Source of the DNA: Octopus bimaculoides
Lineage: Eukaryota
Length of the DNA stretch: 64,000 bases
NCBI RefSeq assembly: GCF_001194135.2
Contig: NC_068984.1
Span: 131,902,082 to 131,966,081, forward strand
Reading direction: 5' to 3'
Part shown: positions 34,279 through 48,059 of the stretch, piece by piece
How positions within the stretch are numbered: the stretch's first letter is position 1
How the letters are laid out: each line of letters opens with the position of its first letter
Notes under the pieces: generated by a model
What the model was told of the DNA's origin: nothing
The model's database searches: none
Seen by the model: the letters and a program-made list of their open reading frames with translations, nothing else
Translations under genes and position numbers: made by a program

Positions 34279-36879
34279 TGAAAATACAACAACTTTAACA
34301 TGGAATAACTTGCGATGTACATTTTTTTGTTAAGAAGACTGAGTAAAAGATGTTTTATATGACATTCTACCAGTGTCCCAAGTTTCAAGGTGTTTCGTTA
34401 AGAAAATACTGGTGCCCCCGTTTTGAAATAGATCCCATTGCAATTCTATACATACAACTTTATACACACAGCACAATTACTGCCATCACATCATGATAAC
34501 ACCACCACCACTACTGTTATTACGTCATACCACCACATTACAATCTATAGAAGACAAGCTGATTTAGTATGATGACTAGAGTACAGTTATGGTACATTAC
34601 TAGTTGTGGTATAGTACCAGATCAACTGATCAAGAGGATTCCTACCATGACCACCTCGACTTTTTAGAGCAATCTAAAACACTATATTCTCTGATGTTTT
34701 ACTCTCTTTCACATTTTATTTTAAGCCGAGTGATGTGACGAGGGAGAATGTTGGTTGCATTTCTAGCAGGTTGAACAACCTTAGCAAATCCACCTCCCTT
34801 GTTGAGTGATGGTGGTAGGGCAGTGGTAGAGATAATGGGAGGAAAGCAGCAAGTGGTACCCGGGGCGGGGGGTGCATGAAGGTGGGGGCTGAGGGAAGGA
34901 AGTGGAGGCAGTAGAAATCAAGACATGGATGGAGGGAAGTGATAAGGAGGTGAAACAAAAGAGAGAGAGAGAGAGATAATTGGGGGGAAGAGGAGGAACT
35001 ATGAAGGAAAGAAATATGCAGAAATAGCAGTAAGTATGGTTGGGGTGGAGACTTAGCTCAGTAATCAGAGGAGGAGGACAGAGTGATCTGGGGGTAGAGA
35101 GAGAAATGGGGTTCTGTGAGGAGTGGTAGAGCAGTGTGAAAGTGAAGAAGCATAGAAAAGAGATAGATGATGATCAGACGAGCCTAATCGTGGGAATATT
35201 GCAAGAGAGGAGTTTTAAGATTAAAGAGGAAAGGTTGATGTCAGAGGTCAATAAAGTCATGTGATGCCATCACAATCACTGGTGTGATGAGGGTCCCATG
35301 GTTGACTGTTTTGGTTACTGGGAAATTTCAGGCAACAAATTAGCAGAGTTGAGAGAACAGAACAAAAATACCTTGACCTTGTAATAGTTTTTTTTTGTTT
35401 TTTTAATTCCCTGCACTCAGGGCCGGATTAAGACCCATCGAGGCCCTAATCTCTTAAAAGATTTTGGTGCTCCCATAAAAGATTATGTAATTCAAAATCT
35501 AAACAATATCAAACCATAAAATAAATTTTTACTTTTCAAAATGAAACAAATGTAACAGTAAGATGGAAAATAATGTTTATTTTTGTAAACTTCAACTTTA
35601 TTTATATTTGAAAAGTTTTCTCCAACCTTTTTAATTACAAAAAGGTCTTTGATCAGGTCCTCGCTATGAACCCCTTGAAATTATATTTCCAATCTGATAA
35701 ACCACTTCAAATATTATTTTAGCAAGTTTAAAGTGATTTTCTTTTGTGCCATAAACCATTTACCATTTCTGTGGTGCCTCTTCCTTCCCTTGATGCTCCA
35801 AGCATGCGCTGTAGCGGTGTATTGCTGCACCTACCATTTGTTGGTATTCCCTGCTCCTAGCAGATGATAGCTTTGCAGCACTCAGACGACAATGCTCCAA
35901 ACCCAAAGTAGTTGGATCAGTTTGGGCAGTTGTTGCTGGTGAGAGTTTAACGAGGTCAAAGTGCAAATCCTACCTCAACCTATTTTAAGTTTTTCAAAGG
36001 AAACATTAGGACTATTGACACACTGGTCCCCACACAGCACAGGGGTGGGTTCTTGGGTGATTGACTTGATTCATTGCTTGGTTTTAACATCACCACTTGG
36101 TCCCTTTTGTGCCTTTAGTAAAGGTCATCACAATTAATTTTCAAATATTTAATTTGAGGACAACATCCTTTCCTTGCAACAGTCTTGGCAGCACAGAAAA
36201 AGAGTCATGGGGGCTGACCTTCCATCCATAGAAGCACACTTACCAAACCACTAAAATATCTGAGCGAGGTTGGGATAATTATCAGCATTAACAATCCACC
36301 ATAACATCAATCATCAGGTGCACAGCTCTGTATCTGTGCATGTATATATATGTGTGTGTGTGTGGGCCCAGGGGCGTTGGCAAACTCAAGGGGCAGCATA
36401 CTCGCTAGTTACGCCACTGATCACAACCTTGTTACTCGGTAAAGGAAAGACCAAACGGGTTATCACCATACAATTGGATACGCAGTGTAGTTAGCAATTT
36501 GGGTCGTTTTAGGCGATTTGATGCACCGAGATAAGGTGGGAAGGGGACTAACACGTGACCGGAGGAATTTCTAAAGTTCCTTCACCTCAGATTGCGTTGA
36601 CATGTCGGGGAAATTCTTAAAAGCAAATAGTGTGCATGTGTGAAAGAGAAGGAGGGGGAACTGAAAGAAAGCAAGAGGTAGTAAGAGGCAGACAAGCAGA
36701 AATAGAAAGAAATACAGACATAAAAAGAGTAGAGAGAAAGAGAGACTGATGATATCGAGGCAGGGCCGACTTGAGAGACAGACGAGAGAAAGAATAGCAG
36801 AATAATTATACAAAAATGTATTAGATTTCACAAATTAGGACTGAATAAGTCTACAAACACACACACACACACACAAACG

Positions 36880-37010
36880 AACCAGTGAGTATATCTACTA
36901 CGTGGTCGCTCACCCTGCTAGAAATAGCAGTCAGCACCCATCAAATCCCACCCTCTCGTCTTACAAAAAAGAATAAACTGGATAATACAGTTCTAGACAT
37001 ACACCACACC
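36880..37010 (-). mobile_element. SINE family E fragment
   Basis: ctctacgtggtcgctcaccctgctagaaatagcagtc...caaatcccaccctc. The gagggagatttggctgctatttctagcagg motif recurs at 5920, 34740, 56120 and 62880. Confidence 0.65.
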
Positions 37011-38022
37011 AGGGTGGAAATATGGGATTGTCACGAATTGATACTTCAATATAGGAAATGCTGCATTAAACCGAGCTGGGACCAAAGAACACACACACAC
37101 ACAGAAATACGTTCATGTGTGTTCGTATGCGCACGACCATATACACATGTAGAGTTTGTGCAACCAATGTTCTTGTACACATGTGACCTCATCGCATACA
37201 ACCTGCACGTAGACAAACAACATGCATTAAATACGCATTGACACCTTAACATAAATAGCATGCAGACAGTCATATGCATTCGCACAAACACGTCAACACA
37301 CGTAATATGTAAACCATATGCATTAATAGATACGCAATTACAGGCATAACATGTAGCCAGTCACATACATACACGTGAAACTACATGCGTTTATACACAC
37401 ATTAAGACATAACAACCAATACACATTAATCCACACATGTAAACCACAAACATAACATGTAACAAACATAATATGTAACCAACCAAACACACACATTAAC
37501 AGATAACATGTAGCTAGTTACAAAACATTGACATAGAACCACATGCATTAACAGAGACATTTAGCTAGTCACATTAACACATGAAACCTGTAAAACCGAA
37601 TGCATTTATATACGCGTACCAACAGACATCAGTTAATGAGAGAACCTCTAGGTCTTTGCATCAGTTATATAAATATCAGCTAAATTTCCTCAAATCATAC
37701 ATAACGTCTTCAAAAATGTAACACATAAGATAATGTAGCTCCAGATACACTTAGGAAAGAAAAGGTTCAACACTTAACATACTCAAGATGTATGTACATC
37801 GTTACACACACACACACACACACGTACATACAGTCAGGTAAAGCAAAACATGTGCATAACATGTTTATGCATATGCATTCACATATGCACTGAATCACAT
37901 TTTACAAACATGCAATAACATGTTACATGCATGAACGCACAATCACGTGCAGCAAGACGCACACACAGATACATACATAACATGATTATACACAAACAAA
38001 AACCATCAATAGAACCGTATGC

Positions 38023-38065
<43 letters not shown>

Positions 38066-39529
38066 CACACACACGCGTAAATGGATCTCCGTTGGTTTTA
38101 ACGATCACTATCTCCCTTTTTCGATCAATTGATCTGTTTTATTCATTGAATTATAGTGGAAGTCGCCATGTATTCCACAAGTACGCGTGTCCTTAATCAG
38201 CGAGCGGAATCAGCGTGACACAGTATGTGAAAAGGCTGACCCTTTGAACAACAGTGTACAGACCATCTAACGGGCTGCCATACAGTTTCACCCACCTAGT
38301 TTCGTTCACAAAATTTGGTGATCGACCCGAAGATGTGGTGAAAAATGCCACACAGTGGGAGCGAACCCGAGACCTTATGATGCGAAATCGTAAACAACCT
38401 TGTCCTAATTTCCTTTCCAAACGCCAACACGTTCGCTGATGTCTACTCATACCACTCTCATCAATACTACCACCACACTAGTAGTACTATCGCTACCATT
38501 TACCATTAGACCACTGTACTGCTGCAACCAACACCACAGCCGTTCTTTACCAGCAAACCACACCGTTATTATCGCTACCTTCGACCTACACTACCAGTTT
38601 TATTACCACCACCATTTTCGCTACCATATCTACCAGTACCACTCTTACCACGACCATCACCACAATTAGCAGTAAAAAACAATTTGCTCCACTGTGGCCC
38701 CATTAGGTTCACGTCTAATAGAAGCATGTGACTAGCCATCCCTTTTTATATTACAATCCCCACAAGCGTTAAGAGCGCATCTCTTTGGGAATGTTTGTAG
38801 AGGCATGTGACTAAGATCCTTTCGACACTACAACCACCACCATCATTAAGTGTCTCTTTGGATTCCTTGTGACATGTGATTCGCCATCCCTTCTATACAA
38901 CAAACCCCGCTGGAGTTTTTACAGTGGCATGTGACTATCCTTTGCCATCATCAGCAACAAGAAATGATGCGGTGGAGAAATAGACCATCGATGACAGCTG
39001 ACTTTCCTCTTCACGTTTACCACATCTCATCCCTATTATAACACACCATCACTACCACCATAACCTCCATTCTTCTCACCAACACCACTTTTCACCACCA
39101 TCACCTTTATCATTTCAACACTTGTTACCATCACTACCTCCGCCAACCAACGTCACCACTACACCGCCTCTATATACCAGCAGTAGCCCTATATTACCAC
39201 CACTGCTCCTATAAACCACCACCACCAACAACAACAACCCTATATACCGCCGCCGCCACCATCAACAACAATCCTATCTACCACCACCACCACCACCGAT
39301 TCCACACCCATTCCCCCATCAATACCACGAGTTCGATAGGTAATGAATGCTGAAGGATTCGCGTGATAGCTGCCATAATCCGACGATCCAAAATGTCCCC
39401 TGGATTGCTTACGGTTGCAGCTGAGTGAAACAGGTTGTTTTCTGGCTGTCAGAGGTATTTAGTGAGGAACATTCCAGACGAGCTTGGGCTGCATAGTTTC
39501 GTATGTAGTCATGGCGTGAAGGTAGCTTG

Positions 39530-40560
39530 GCAAGAGAGAGGGAGGGGAAGAGATAGATAGATAGACAGAGAGAGAGAGAGATAGAGAGAGTAAGAGGGGA
39601 AGGGAGATGTTAAAGGAAAGTGCAGAGAAAGAGAGGGGGAAGAAGTAAGGGAAAAAGCGGGAAGGAGTTAATATAGCACAGCACTGAGAAGAGAACGGAA
39701 TGATGGGAAGGGGAAGAGGCGAAAGTGAAGGGAGAGAGAAGGGATAATGAAAGGAGAACAGGTGAATGAAAGGAGAGTGGAAGTGGGAGAAGTAAAGAAG
39801 AGATTAGAGGGAGTGGGAGGGAGGGAGGGACAGAGGAACAAACGTGCAGCAGAGAGAACGTGGAGAAAGGAAAAGGGGCTGCGAGCGATAGTAGGATGAA
39901 TTACGGGAAGAGAGAGAGGGTAGAGGGAAAAAAATGCAAGCAGAGGGAAAGACAGAAGGCAAATAGAGAGAAGAAGGTAGCGACAGCAAACGAAGAATGA
40001 ATGAACTTGTGTGAGATGTGAGGGAAGAGAAAGAAGGCAAGCGAATTAGATGAAGAGTGGGAGTGGGAGAGAGAGGAGATGGAAAAAGAGTGGCGAAAAC
40101 ATGCTCAGTGGGGAGGAGAGGGGGAAGCGAAAGGAACAATTTGGGAAATGAAACATGGAAAACGAAAAAGCAATTAGAGAGGGAATGACAGAGAGGAAGA
40201 CGTACCATAATTTTTCTATAATGATAGAGGGAAAGATATTAAGCATGAGAGCATGAGAATGAATGAACAGCAGAAAAAAGGGGGGAAGGTAGGATAAAGG
40301 GATGGGTTGAAAGTAAGAAGGGGAGAAAATACGATAGAAATTGAAAGCAAAAAGGGAGAAAATACGATAGAAATTGAAAGTAAAAAGGGAGAAAATACGA
40401 TAGAAATTGAAAGCAAAAATATTAAATGGGAAAGAGGATAATATAGATAAATAAATAAATAAATAAAAGTAAAAGCTAGAGAAAAAGAAAAGAAAAGTAT
40501 CCCAGAAGTATGGTAGGCCAAAGGTGAAGTAAAGTAAAACGACCTGAGAACAGCATCGCT
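39530..40560 (+). repeat. About 1 kb polypurine (GA-rich) low-complexity tract
   Basis: Plus strand is almost entirely A/G. Confidence 0.85.
40318..40418. repeat. 33-bp tandem repeat x3
   Basis: Unit aaagggagaaaatacgatagaaattgaaagyaa, seen as an LLSISIVFSPF repeat in the ORF track. Confidence 0.9.
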
Positions 40561-41166
40561 AGAAAGCAGACGATGACTTTAGAGCGAGAAGCGCAAGAGA
40601 ACATTTGTAGATAACACAGATGAGCTCTGATAAGTTAGAAAACAGATGATAACGGCTATTTGACTTTTATTCGGAGTACAGGGAAAAAGAGTGAATGAAA
40701 CGTTTAATGAGCAAGATTATTTTCAGTGAATTAGTCTTTTCGTTCACGAAACTCATTAAAATGGCGAGTAGAGCATGCCAAACATGTATAGAGTAGATTG
40801 CCGTCGTTTAATTAATCAGTTTGGGACAAAGTGAAAACACACTTTAAAAAGCATATCAACTAATCTTCTTATCCCAACGCAGCTACTTCGTGAATTATTG
40901 CTTACATCACTACCATAACAACATCAATAATAACTCAGATCTCAGTGGAAGAAGGTGGAGTCGATACAACCAAAGCAAATATCTGACTGAATAATGATAA
41001 TGGTAGTTACTAGAACTAGTAGAATGGTAATAATCTGCAGCATTGACATGAATCGGACTGGAAGTAAAAACTGAAGATGTGTTGGTGTACTAAGACAAGT
41101 AGAGATTAATGCCAATTGCACGGCAGATCAACACATGCATTTTGATTTTATTTTCAGTTCCTTATT

Positions 41167-41169
<3 letters not shown>

Positions 41170-41223
<54 letters not shown>

Positions 41224-41300
41224 GAGAAAGAGAGAGAGAAAAAGAGAGAGAGAGAGAGAAAGAAAGAGAGAGAGAGAAAGAGAGAAAGAGAGAGAAAAAG
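41170..41300. repeat. (AG)n compound microsatellite
   Basis: Read directly from the sequence. Confidence 0.95.
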
Positions 41301-43739
41301 ATTGGGGAATGTTAAATCGCCCCTGGATATTTTTGAATCGAGAAAAAAAAATCCTATCTATACAGACTTGGGTCATGAAAATTAAGAATGAAAAAAATGT
41401 AGGTAGAAAAAAAAAGGGATAAAAAACATCACGCTAAGGAAGAAGAATGGTGACAAAAAACAAACAAAAAAATGATCAGTATATTTTTCTCGTTCTCTTC
41501 AAGAAAAATCAACCAACAAGAATGGTGGTAAGGATATTGATGATGAGAGAGAAAGAAAGAAAGTGCGTGTCTGTGTGTCTAAGTATGTAACTGGTCCGAA
41601 TGTCTGTGTTTAGTAATTACTAAAATCACGTGCCTCTAGACCATCCACTTGGTACCAGCATCATATCAGCAGACCTTGTTTGTGTCCGAACAAACAGAAA
41701 TAGGATGATAGGGTGCGTGCCGTCTCCACAGGTACCCAACTATTTGCCTGCGATGTCGCCAGATGCCGCAAACCAAAGAGGCTATTTTAGATAACAAACA
41801 GAAGAAACGAAAATGCAGAAGAGACGTAAGTGTGAGTAAGCAGCACAAGTACAATACGTCTGTCACATGACTTGACAGCTTAGGCCCACAGTCTTTCAAT
41901 AGGGTTGAGGAACTGGGGCTTACAATAATCGGGTTGATACCACCCTCTACACTCCTAACCCGTATGCATATGTACACAGCGTATAAATATACATACGTAA
42001 ACAGCGACGATAACAACGAATGCGATAACAATTAGTGATATTGTTACAATGAAGATGTCAACAATAAACAAACAGCCCTTTATCAAAGTTGGTTAGCAGC
42101 AAACTATAAGCTTTCAATGATGCTTGCTATCACAAGTACTTCATCTTCACTCACACGCATATTGACACATATACATACATCATGCACTCATACATCCATC
42201 CTTACCTACATAAAATCTTATCAACGGCAGCTGTCCTTTCTCTATAGAAAACACAGACGAGGAAATGGGAAGGAGGAGACCTTTATACCCACTAATTCCA
42301 CTCCACCACACTGAGCATCTGCACTATTGAAGAAACAAGCTCTGAGAACGGTATGTGCGTGCGTGCGTGCGTGTAAGCAAAAATCCCAAAGGAACAGTTT
42401 GCCATTACACCGGAAATCGAGAATTGATAAAACGGGCATTGCTGTCATAATAACCATCCTAGAATAGATTGCTCCGTGGTCATTTGATGTGCGAGAATGT
42501 GAAACCACAACTCTCAAACTACGACTTGGGACAATGTAATGTTTGAATAAAAGTTAGGGTGGACGTGACTGAAGGTTCATTCGTTCATGAATAACCTAGC
42601 ATTAAACAACAACAAACATGACCAGTCATCACAATTATTATATTCTGACAACTTTGCAGCGATCATTATATACCCGCCTCGGCATAATCATTACAATCAT
42701 CATCATCACCGTTACCTGCACTATCGTCATAATCTATTTTATCATCATACCACCAACCTATCTATATTATTAATCATTATCATGATCATCATTACTATCA
42801 GCATAAACATTACATTCATTATTATAACTATCGCCACTATACATAATCTCTGATAACGTAACCATGTTTGTTGAGTGTTAAATGGAGTGGAGAGTGTTAA
42901 TGTGATCCTTAGATAAAACTAATGGAGTTTTGTCTACTTTCTGGAAGATGACATCAGTGTCTATCACAGAAACAAGAAGAGACAGATATACATTGAGAGG
43001 GCTGGCTGGCTATCTATCCATCCATCTATCTACCTTCACACACACACACACACACACTTAAAAAGAGTCGACGGGAGAGAATGTGTATTTGTTTCCATAA
43101 AGTAATTTTCTTATCAATCCATCAACATCATTATCAACATAATCGCAAGACACAAGACAGTCTGGTTCGTATATGTATCACTTGTTACCATGTCAACAAG
43201 AACAACCTTTGATCCTTAAATTACTCACATAACATTACATAAACAAGTTTAACTCATGGGTAGGATTAGTGATCGATAAATTCGTTCCTAAATGACACGA
43301 TCCTTACAATACTGATGTCTAGTTAATGGAGAGGGACCTATTGACCACTATTAGATAAATAAAACATTCAGTATTTGAGGAATAAGTAGTTTATGGTACC
43401 GCGGAGAAGAGTTGGTCTTCTCCATGGTTGTTGTGGTCTTTGGTTTAAAGGATTAGACCGTGTCGCGAACAGGAAGAAAAAAAAACTAATATTTTATAAT
43501 TCATTTAAGAAATGGCAGATCATATTACATACACACGCACACAAGAATTTTCAGATATTCACTGGTAGAGAGACTTAGGATATAGGGACTGTCTTTCATA
43601 GTGTTTAAATTCCAGAGACATTGCTCAAGAGACAAGAGCGAATTAGTCTTGAATGAAAATCGAGATTAGAATTTATTCGAATCTACTCATTTCTGGCTTG
43701 TGGCGAGAAATGAAATAATGTATTTTTAAATGAGTTAAC

Positions 43740-44005
43740 TCAGCCATTTTGTTTTCTTGGGACAAGAGACACTGAGATGCGAGTTCGCCAAATCTTGCTA
43801 AAGCTTTACCCCGATCTGACTTATCTGTTTCGAGTAGTGAGTTTTCCCCCCGCTGATTGCTCTCAACTTCTGCCCTTAATCTTCGCGAGTTTGCTTATCA
43901 CTCGAGAAAAACGTGCGAATCTCAAGGACATTAATTTTTGTTTTTAATTTTGAGGCGTGATCCGATTGGTCGATGAATAGGATGTACACGTGAAAATTGG
44001 ATGAA
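43740..44005 (-). promoter_or_regulatory. Candidate promoter region (possibly IRS)
   Basis: CpG-rich unique DNA with a YY1-like GCCATTTT (43743-43750), TTCGCGAG (43882-43889), two ATTGG/CCAAT (43965, 43996) and CACGTG (43987). Motif-only evidence. Confidence 0.3.
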
Positions 44006-46067
44006 AATTGCAGGTTTCATTTGTGCTTCATTAATGACACTAACCTGAAAATTTAAAGAATGGGGGGTTCGAGTTCTAGGCTCGCTACAAAGATTTTGGG
44101 GGACTAACGGATAACAACGACAATTTGGTTCATTATCACCATTATCATCATGATTATTGTTTCGGGACGAGATGGGTGGCAAAATAGGTTAAACGTTGTG
44201 TATTGAAGGGCTACTCTCGAAAGGCTGGACAGAAGGACGAACGCATTCATAACTTCCGTTATTAATGGCTTCCTCGCTCCAGTTTTCACCTGACCAGCTT
44301 CTCTGACTTCTAATGGTGAGAAAAGTAATCTCCTGCCAACATCCTCTGCGCAGAGGATTTGGTATGCCACGGCTGATGATGTACAGGTATACATTGACGC
44401 TAGGGAATCTGCAGAAATTCTCGGACGGTGGAATGTCTGGTTACCGTTTGAGAAGCGAATTTTCCTGCAGTTTCTTTCACGCAGCTGCAGTCCTTGACCA
44501 AGCGAAGACTAAACTGGCAACTAGAATGCTGTCAGGCACTCACAATTCTGTATCAGACAGTCAGTACGGTTAGTGTTGTGTCAAATCATACATTGCGCCC
44601 ACCCGTAACCGCCTGTACATTGTGTAAGCAGTTAGAGGTGGGCGAAAAGCGACAACATCTTCAGGACGAACTTAGACAATGAAGAAAATCACCTGCGAGC
44701 CTATTCCGGAGATGGAAAATCTTGGTTTAGAATGAACTCTACAGGCAAAGCAACGCTCTTAGTCAGGTCCGATCGAGATGTGCAGAGAGCATCGAAACTG
44801 TTCTGCATATGCACTCGTTCAGAGTCCGAGTATTACCAGCAGAATTCTGTCAAACAACTTTTGATATTTGTAGAACAGGTTGGGCTATCAGCCCAGTCTA
44901 TCATGAAGTTCTCTCTATCGACTCCCTTTGATCGGAGAGTACAGTTTTCCTCCGTGGTTGCAATGACGAAGGAGATTGCATTGTGAGTGAAATTTGGTCG
45001 ACAGAAATCGTGCAGAAGCCCGTCGTATGCGAGTTTGTTTCTTTCAGAATGACACTAATTAAAAACTAGCATTGTTTGTCAACTCTAATGTCCTATAACT
45101 TAGCCAATCGACAAATAGAGCCTGATAACATAAGTACCAGACTTAAGAATAAGTAATGGGGACGATTCGACCAATCAAATCCTTCATGGCGCTATATAAA
45201 CGCTGAAGTCATTAAACGAAAACAAAAATAGTAATTCACACACACGTTGTCAACGAGGATTTTCATGATACAGAAGTCGTAAATCTACACTGTGCGGTTT
45301 ATCAGCACATCCAGGAAGGTCAGTTAATTGTCCTTTTCCTTTAAAATTATGAATGGTATCAAAACGTCTCATTGAGCTCACATAGTCCAGTAGTACTTGA
45401 ATGTATCATTTGCTTATCTCAGTCACATGGTTGGCTTAAATATGTCGTTCCTAAAGCTATTTGCGTTTAGTAGTCTATGTATGTTTGCCCTCACTGGAGA
45501 TTAAGGCACCCATAGCTAATATACTATTTATCGATACAGGCCACTCACAGCTGAAAGTATATTGTCTTGTGCATATTGTTTATAAATAAAACGTCAATAT
45601 CTCCAAATTATCTATGAACATTCTATTGTATTGCTCCAATTGAAGGGTCTGATGTCAGTTCATCTCTAATCAGTTAGAGCCTCATCTATGGGAACCATTG
45701 TGAAGTGGCTTACCACATCAGAACTCACCAACACGACAGGTCTCTCAAGCGAAGTTGCTATCAGGGGAGACCCTAACCAAGAACTGTGTATTTCACCTAA
45801 GTCATGCAGTTACGGAGTGAGGAGACCAGCTGCCACCAAAAAGAATATTGTAAAGTTATAATCCATGAAGGGAGAGAGAGGGGGAGAGAGAACGTGCGTG
45901 GTTAATCATTGGTGCAAAGAAAAGAGAATTCACTAACACTTGTGGATCAAAGTCAAGATCCACAAACAGAACAACATTGGAAGATAAGACAACTGAAGGA
46001 ATCGAAGCAAATGCTGTGCTTTGGTAGGCACCTCAGAAAGACCAGTATACAGGTGAAAACCATGTTT

Positions 46068-46432
46068 TACCTGTTTCAGTTATTGAACTGCGGTCATTCT
46101 TGGGTACCGCCTTGAAAAGTTTAGTGGAAGAAATCGAACACTGTTCTTATTTCTAAGTTCAGTGGTTATTCTATCGGTTCCTTTTGTCGCAGTGCTAAGT
46201 TACGGCGACATAAACAAAACATCGGTCAAGTGAGGGAGGGGAGAGACAAACACAAAGACATACACACGCATGCATATATACATACATACAGTTTCTGTTC
46301 AAATTCACTGACAAGGTATTGGTAGGCTCGGGATTATAGTAGAAGATACTTGCTCAAAGTACTGCATAGTGGGACTGAACCCGAAACCACGTGGTTGCAA
46401 AGCGAGCTTCTTAACCATACAGCCATCCCTGA
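46068..46432 (-). mobile_element. SINE family C copy (decayed)
   Basis: gtttcagttattgaactgcggtcattctt...ctaagttacggcgacataaac...gtgggactgaacccgaaaccacgtggttg. Confidence 0.8.
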
Positions 46433-46618
46433 ATTGATTAAGTGTTTATCTAGAGGGAGTGCGTTCAATCACTAGGTCAACCAAAACATACATACTTTGA
46501 TTCAAAACAGAATGACTAAATGACACAACAGGAGAATAATAAAGAGAAATATCCTTGGGAGGCAAATGGAATGAGAACAATCTATCCCTGGATAAATTAA
46601 AAATACGTAGTTGTACAG

Positions 46619-46921
46619 CAGTGTTTCTCAACCAGGGTCCATGCAACAAAATATTAAATTGGGGCTCCACTATAGTATGTTAAGGGCCTCTGAAATAAAA
46701 TATTTCTTTAAATGTATGTATTGCAAGAAACAGCAAGGTATCTTTCTATAACATTTTACTTAGTTCAACCTACACAAGTTAATGTGTGAAAAACAAAATA
46801 GAAATTTCGAAAGACGTTTCTATTTAATTTTTAAAAAATCGAATGGTGATGGGAGTCCACCTGAGTAAAATAGTAATCAAAGGGGTTCATATATATAAAA
46901 AAAAATGGTTGAGAACCCCTG
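46619..46921. mobile_element. hAT (Charlie-like) MITE with TIRs and 8-bp TSD
   Basis: TIRs cagtgtttctcaacc / ggttgagaacccctg. Flanks ttgtacag (46611-46618) and ttgtatag (46922-46929) match 7/8. Confidence 0.85.
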
Positions 46922-47499
46922 TTGTATAGCATCCTAAACTGGTCTGACCATCCTTCTCCTCCTACCCACGGAAAGATTGCATCAGCATTTGTTTACATAT
47001 ATAACCAGGGTGGTGGGGTGGTGAATCTGTTAGAGCATGGGATGGCTTTCAGTGTCTGCTCGGGCTCTTTGCCTTTCTCACAGCAACCCCTGCGACGATA
47101 CAGGCGCCATGAGCTGTATCGACCGTGTCGTTTCCTTTGCCAACATCGGTGACGAGAAGATGGGAAGCTTGTCTACATAGTCAGAGCCTATAAGAGATGG
47201 GTTCAATTAGTATTTCAGTCTGTGGTCCGTAAAAGCTAGGAGCGGCCCGTGACTATCTGATGTCCCACACCCAAAATCCAACTCACTATAATCTTAAGTA
47301 TGGAGAGGGTGCATTCCTTCCGGAGCTCCAAAGCAGTATTGTTTCCGCCTTACAAAATTTCTTTCGGAGTTCCGGTGCATATAGGTAAACTGCTAATCTG
47401 ACACACGCACACCTAGGCCTGCACATACTGCGTGTGCATGTGTATAATGTTTAATGAAAGAGTGTTCATAGCCTTTCACGGCTAATGACCCCCAGAGCC

Positions 47500-47640
47500 C
47501 AGGTAGTGGCGTTAAACCGAGCTCGTTAATCCACTGCTCTAGACTTAATTTATTTTACCGACCCCGAAAGAATGAAAAGCGAAGTAGTTGAACCCAGAGC
47601 GTTAACAATCGGAACACATACGCGAGGTTTTTCCTTTTAA
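47500..47640 (-). mobile_element. Decayed SINE family D fragment
   Basis: acttaatttattttaccgaccccgaaagaatgaaaagcgaagt. Confidence 0.55.
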
Positions 47641-48059
47641 CTGTCAACTTCACTGCCTTACAATCAAGGCTCTGCTTAATAAACAATAACTATCAGCGGA
47701 TGTAGAGTGATGACCGGCCCTTAGCAGGCAAGTACGGTATACTGTAGTTTAGGGTTTTGTCTGAAAAGAACGAAAGAAGAAAGCCTTCTAACATAAAGGA
47801 CTAGGGTGGAGCCGAGAGGAAAGCAAAAATAGCGAGACACACACACACAGAAAAAAGGGTGTCACTTGAAAATAATCGGTTGGTGGTAGAGCTGGTACTA
47901 GACATGTGGTAGTGGTGATGGTGGTGGTGGTGGTTGTGTCGGTGCGTGGCAGAACAGATGTGTGAAAAGGACGAGAAAAAGAGAGAGTGAGAGAGAGAGA
48001 GAGATAATATGCCAGCTGCCATCAGACAGGCTTATGTCTAGTCAGCATCAAGAGTACAA

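Noticed and set aside
35418-36419. Single 1-kb hAT element bounded by CAGGGCCGGATT and (rc) CAGTGGCGTAAC
   Set aside because: The ends are not mutually complementary and there is no 8-bp TSD (cctgcact versus atcacaac). Probably two unrelated transposon ends. ORF 35760-35966 is unrecognisable.
39804-41422. Leu/Ser/Phe-rich or Arg/Glu-rich ORFs
   Set aside because: Translations of GA/CT low-complexity tracts.
41666-42031. ORF containing RRQIVGYLWRR as the missing IRS first exon
   Set aside because: No donor after the GYL segment, no KLK, and the frame runs on to a stop.
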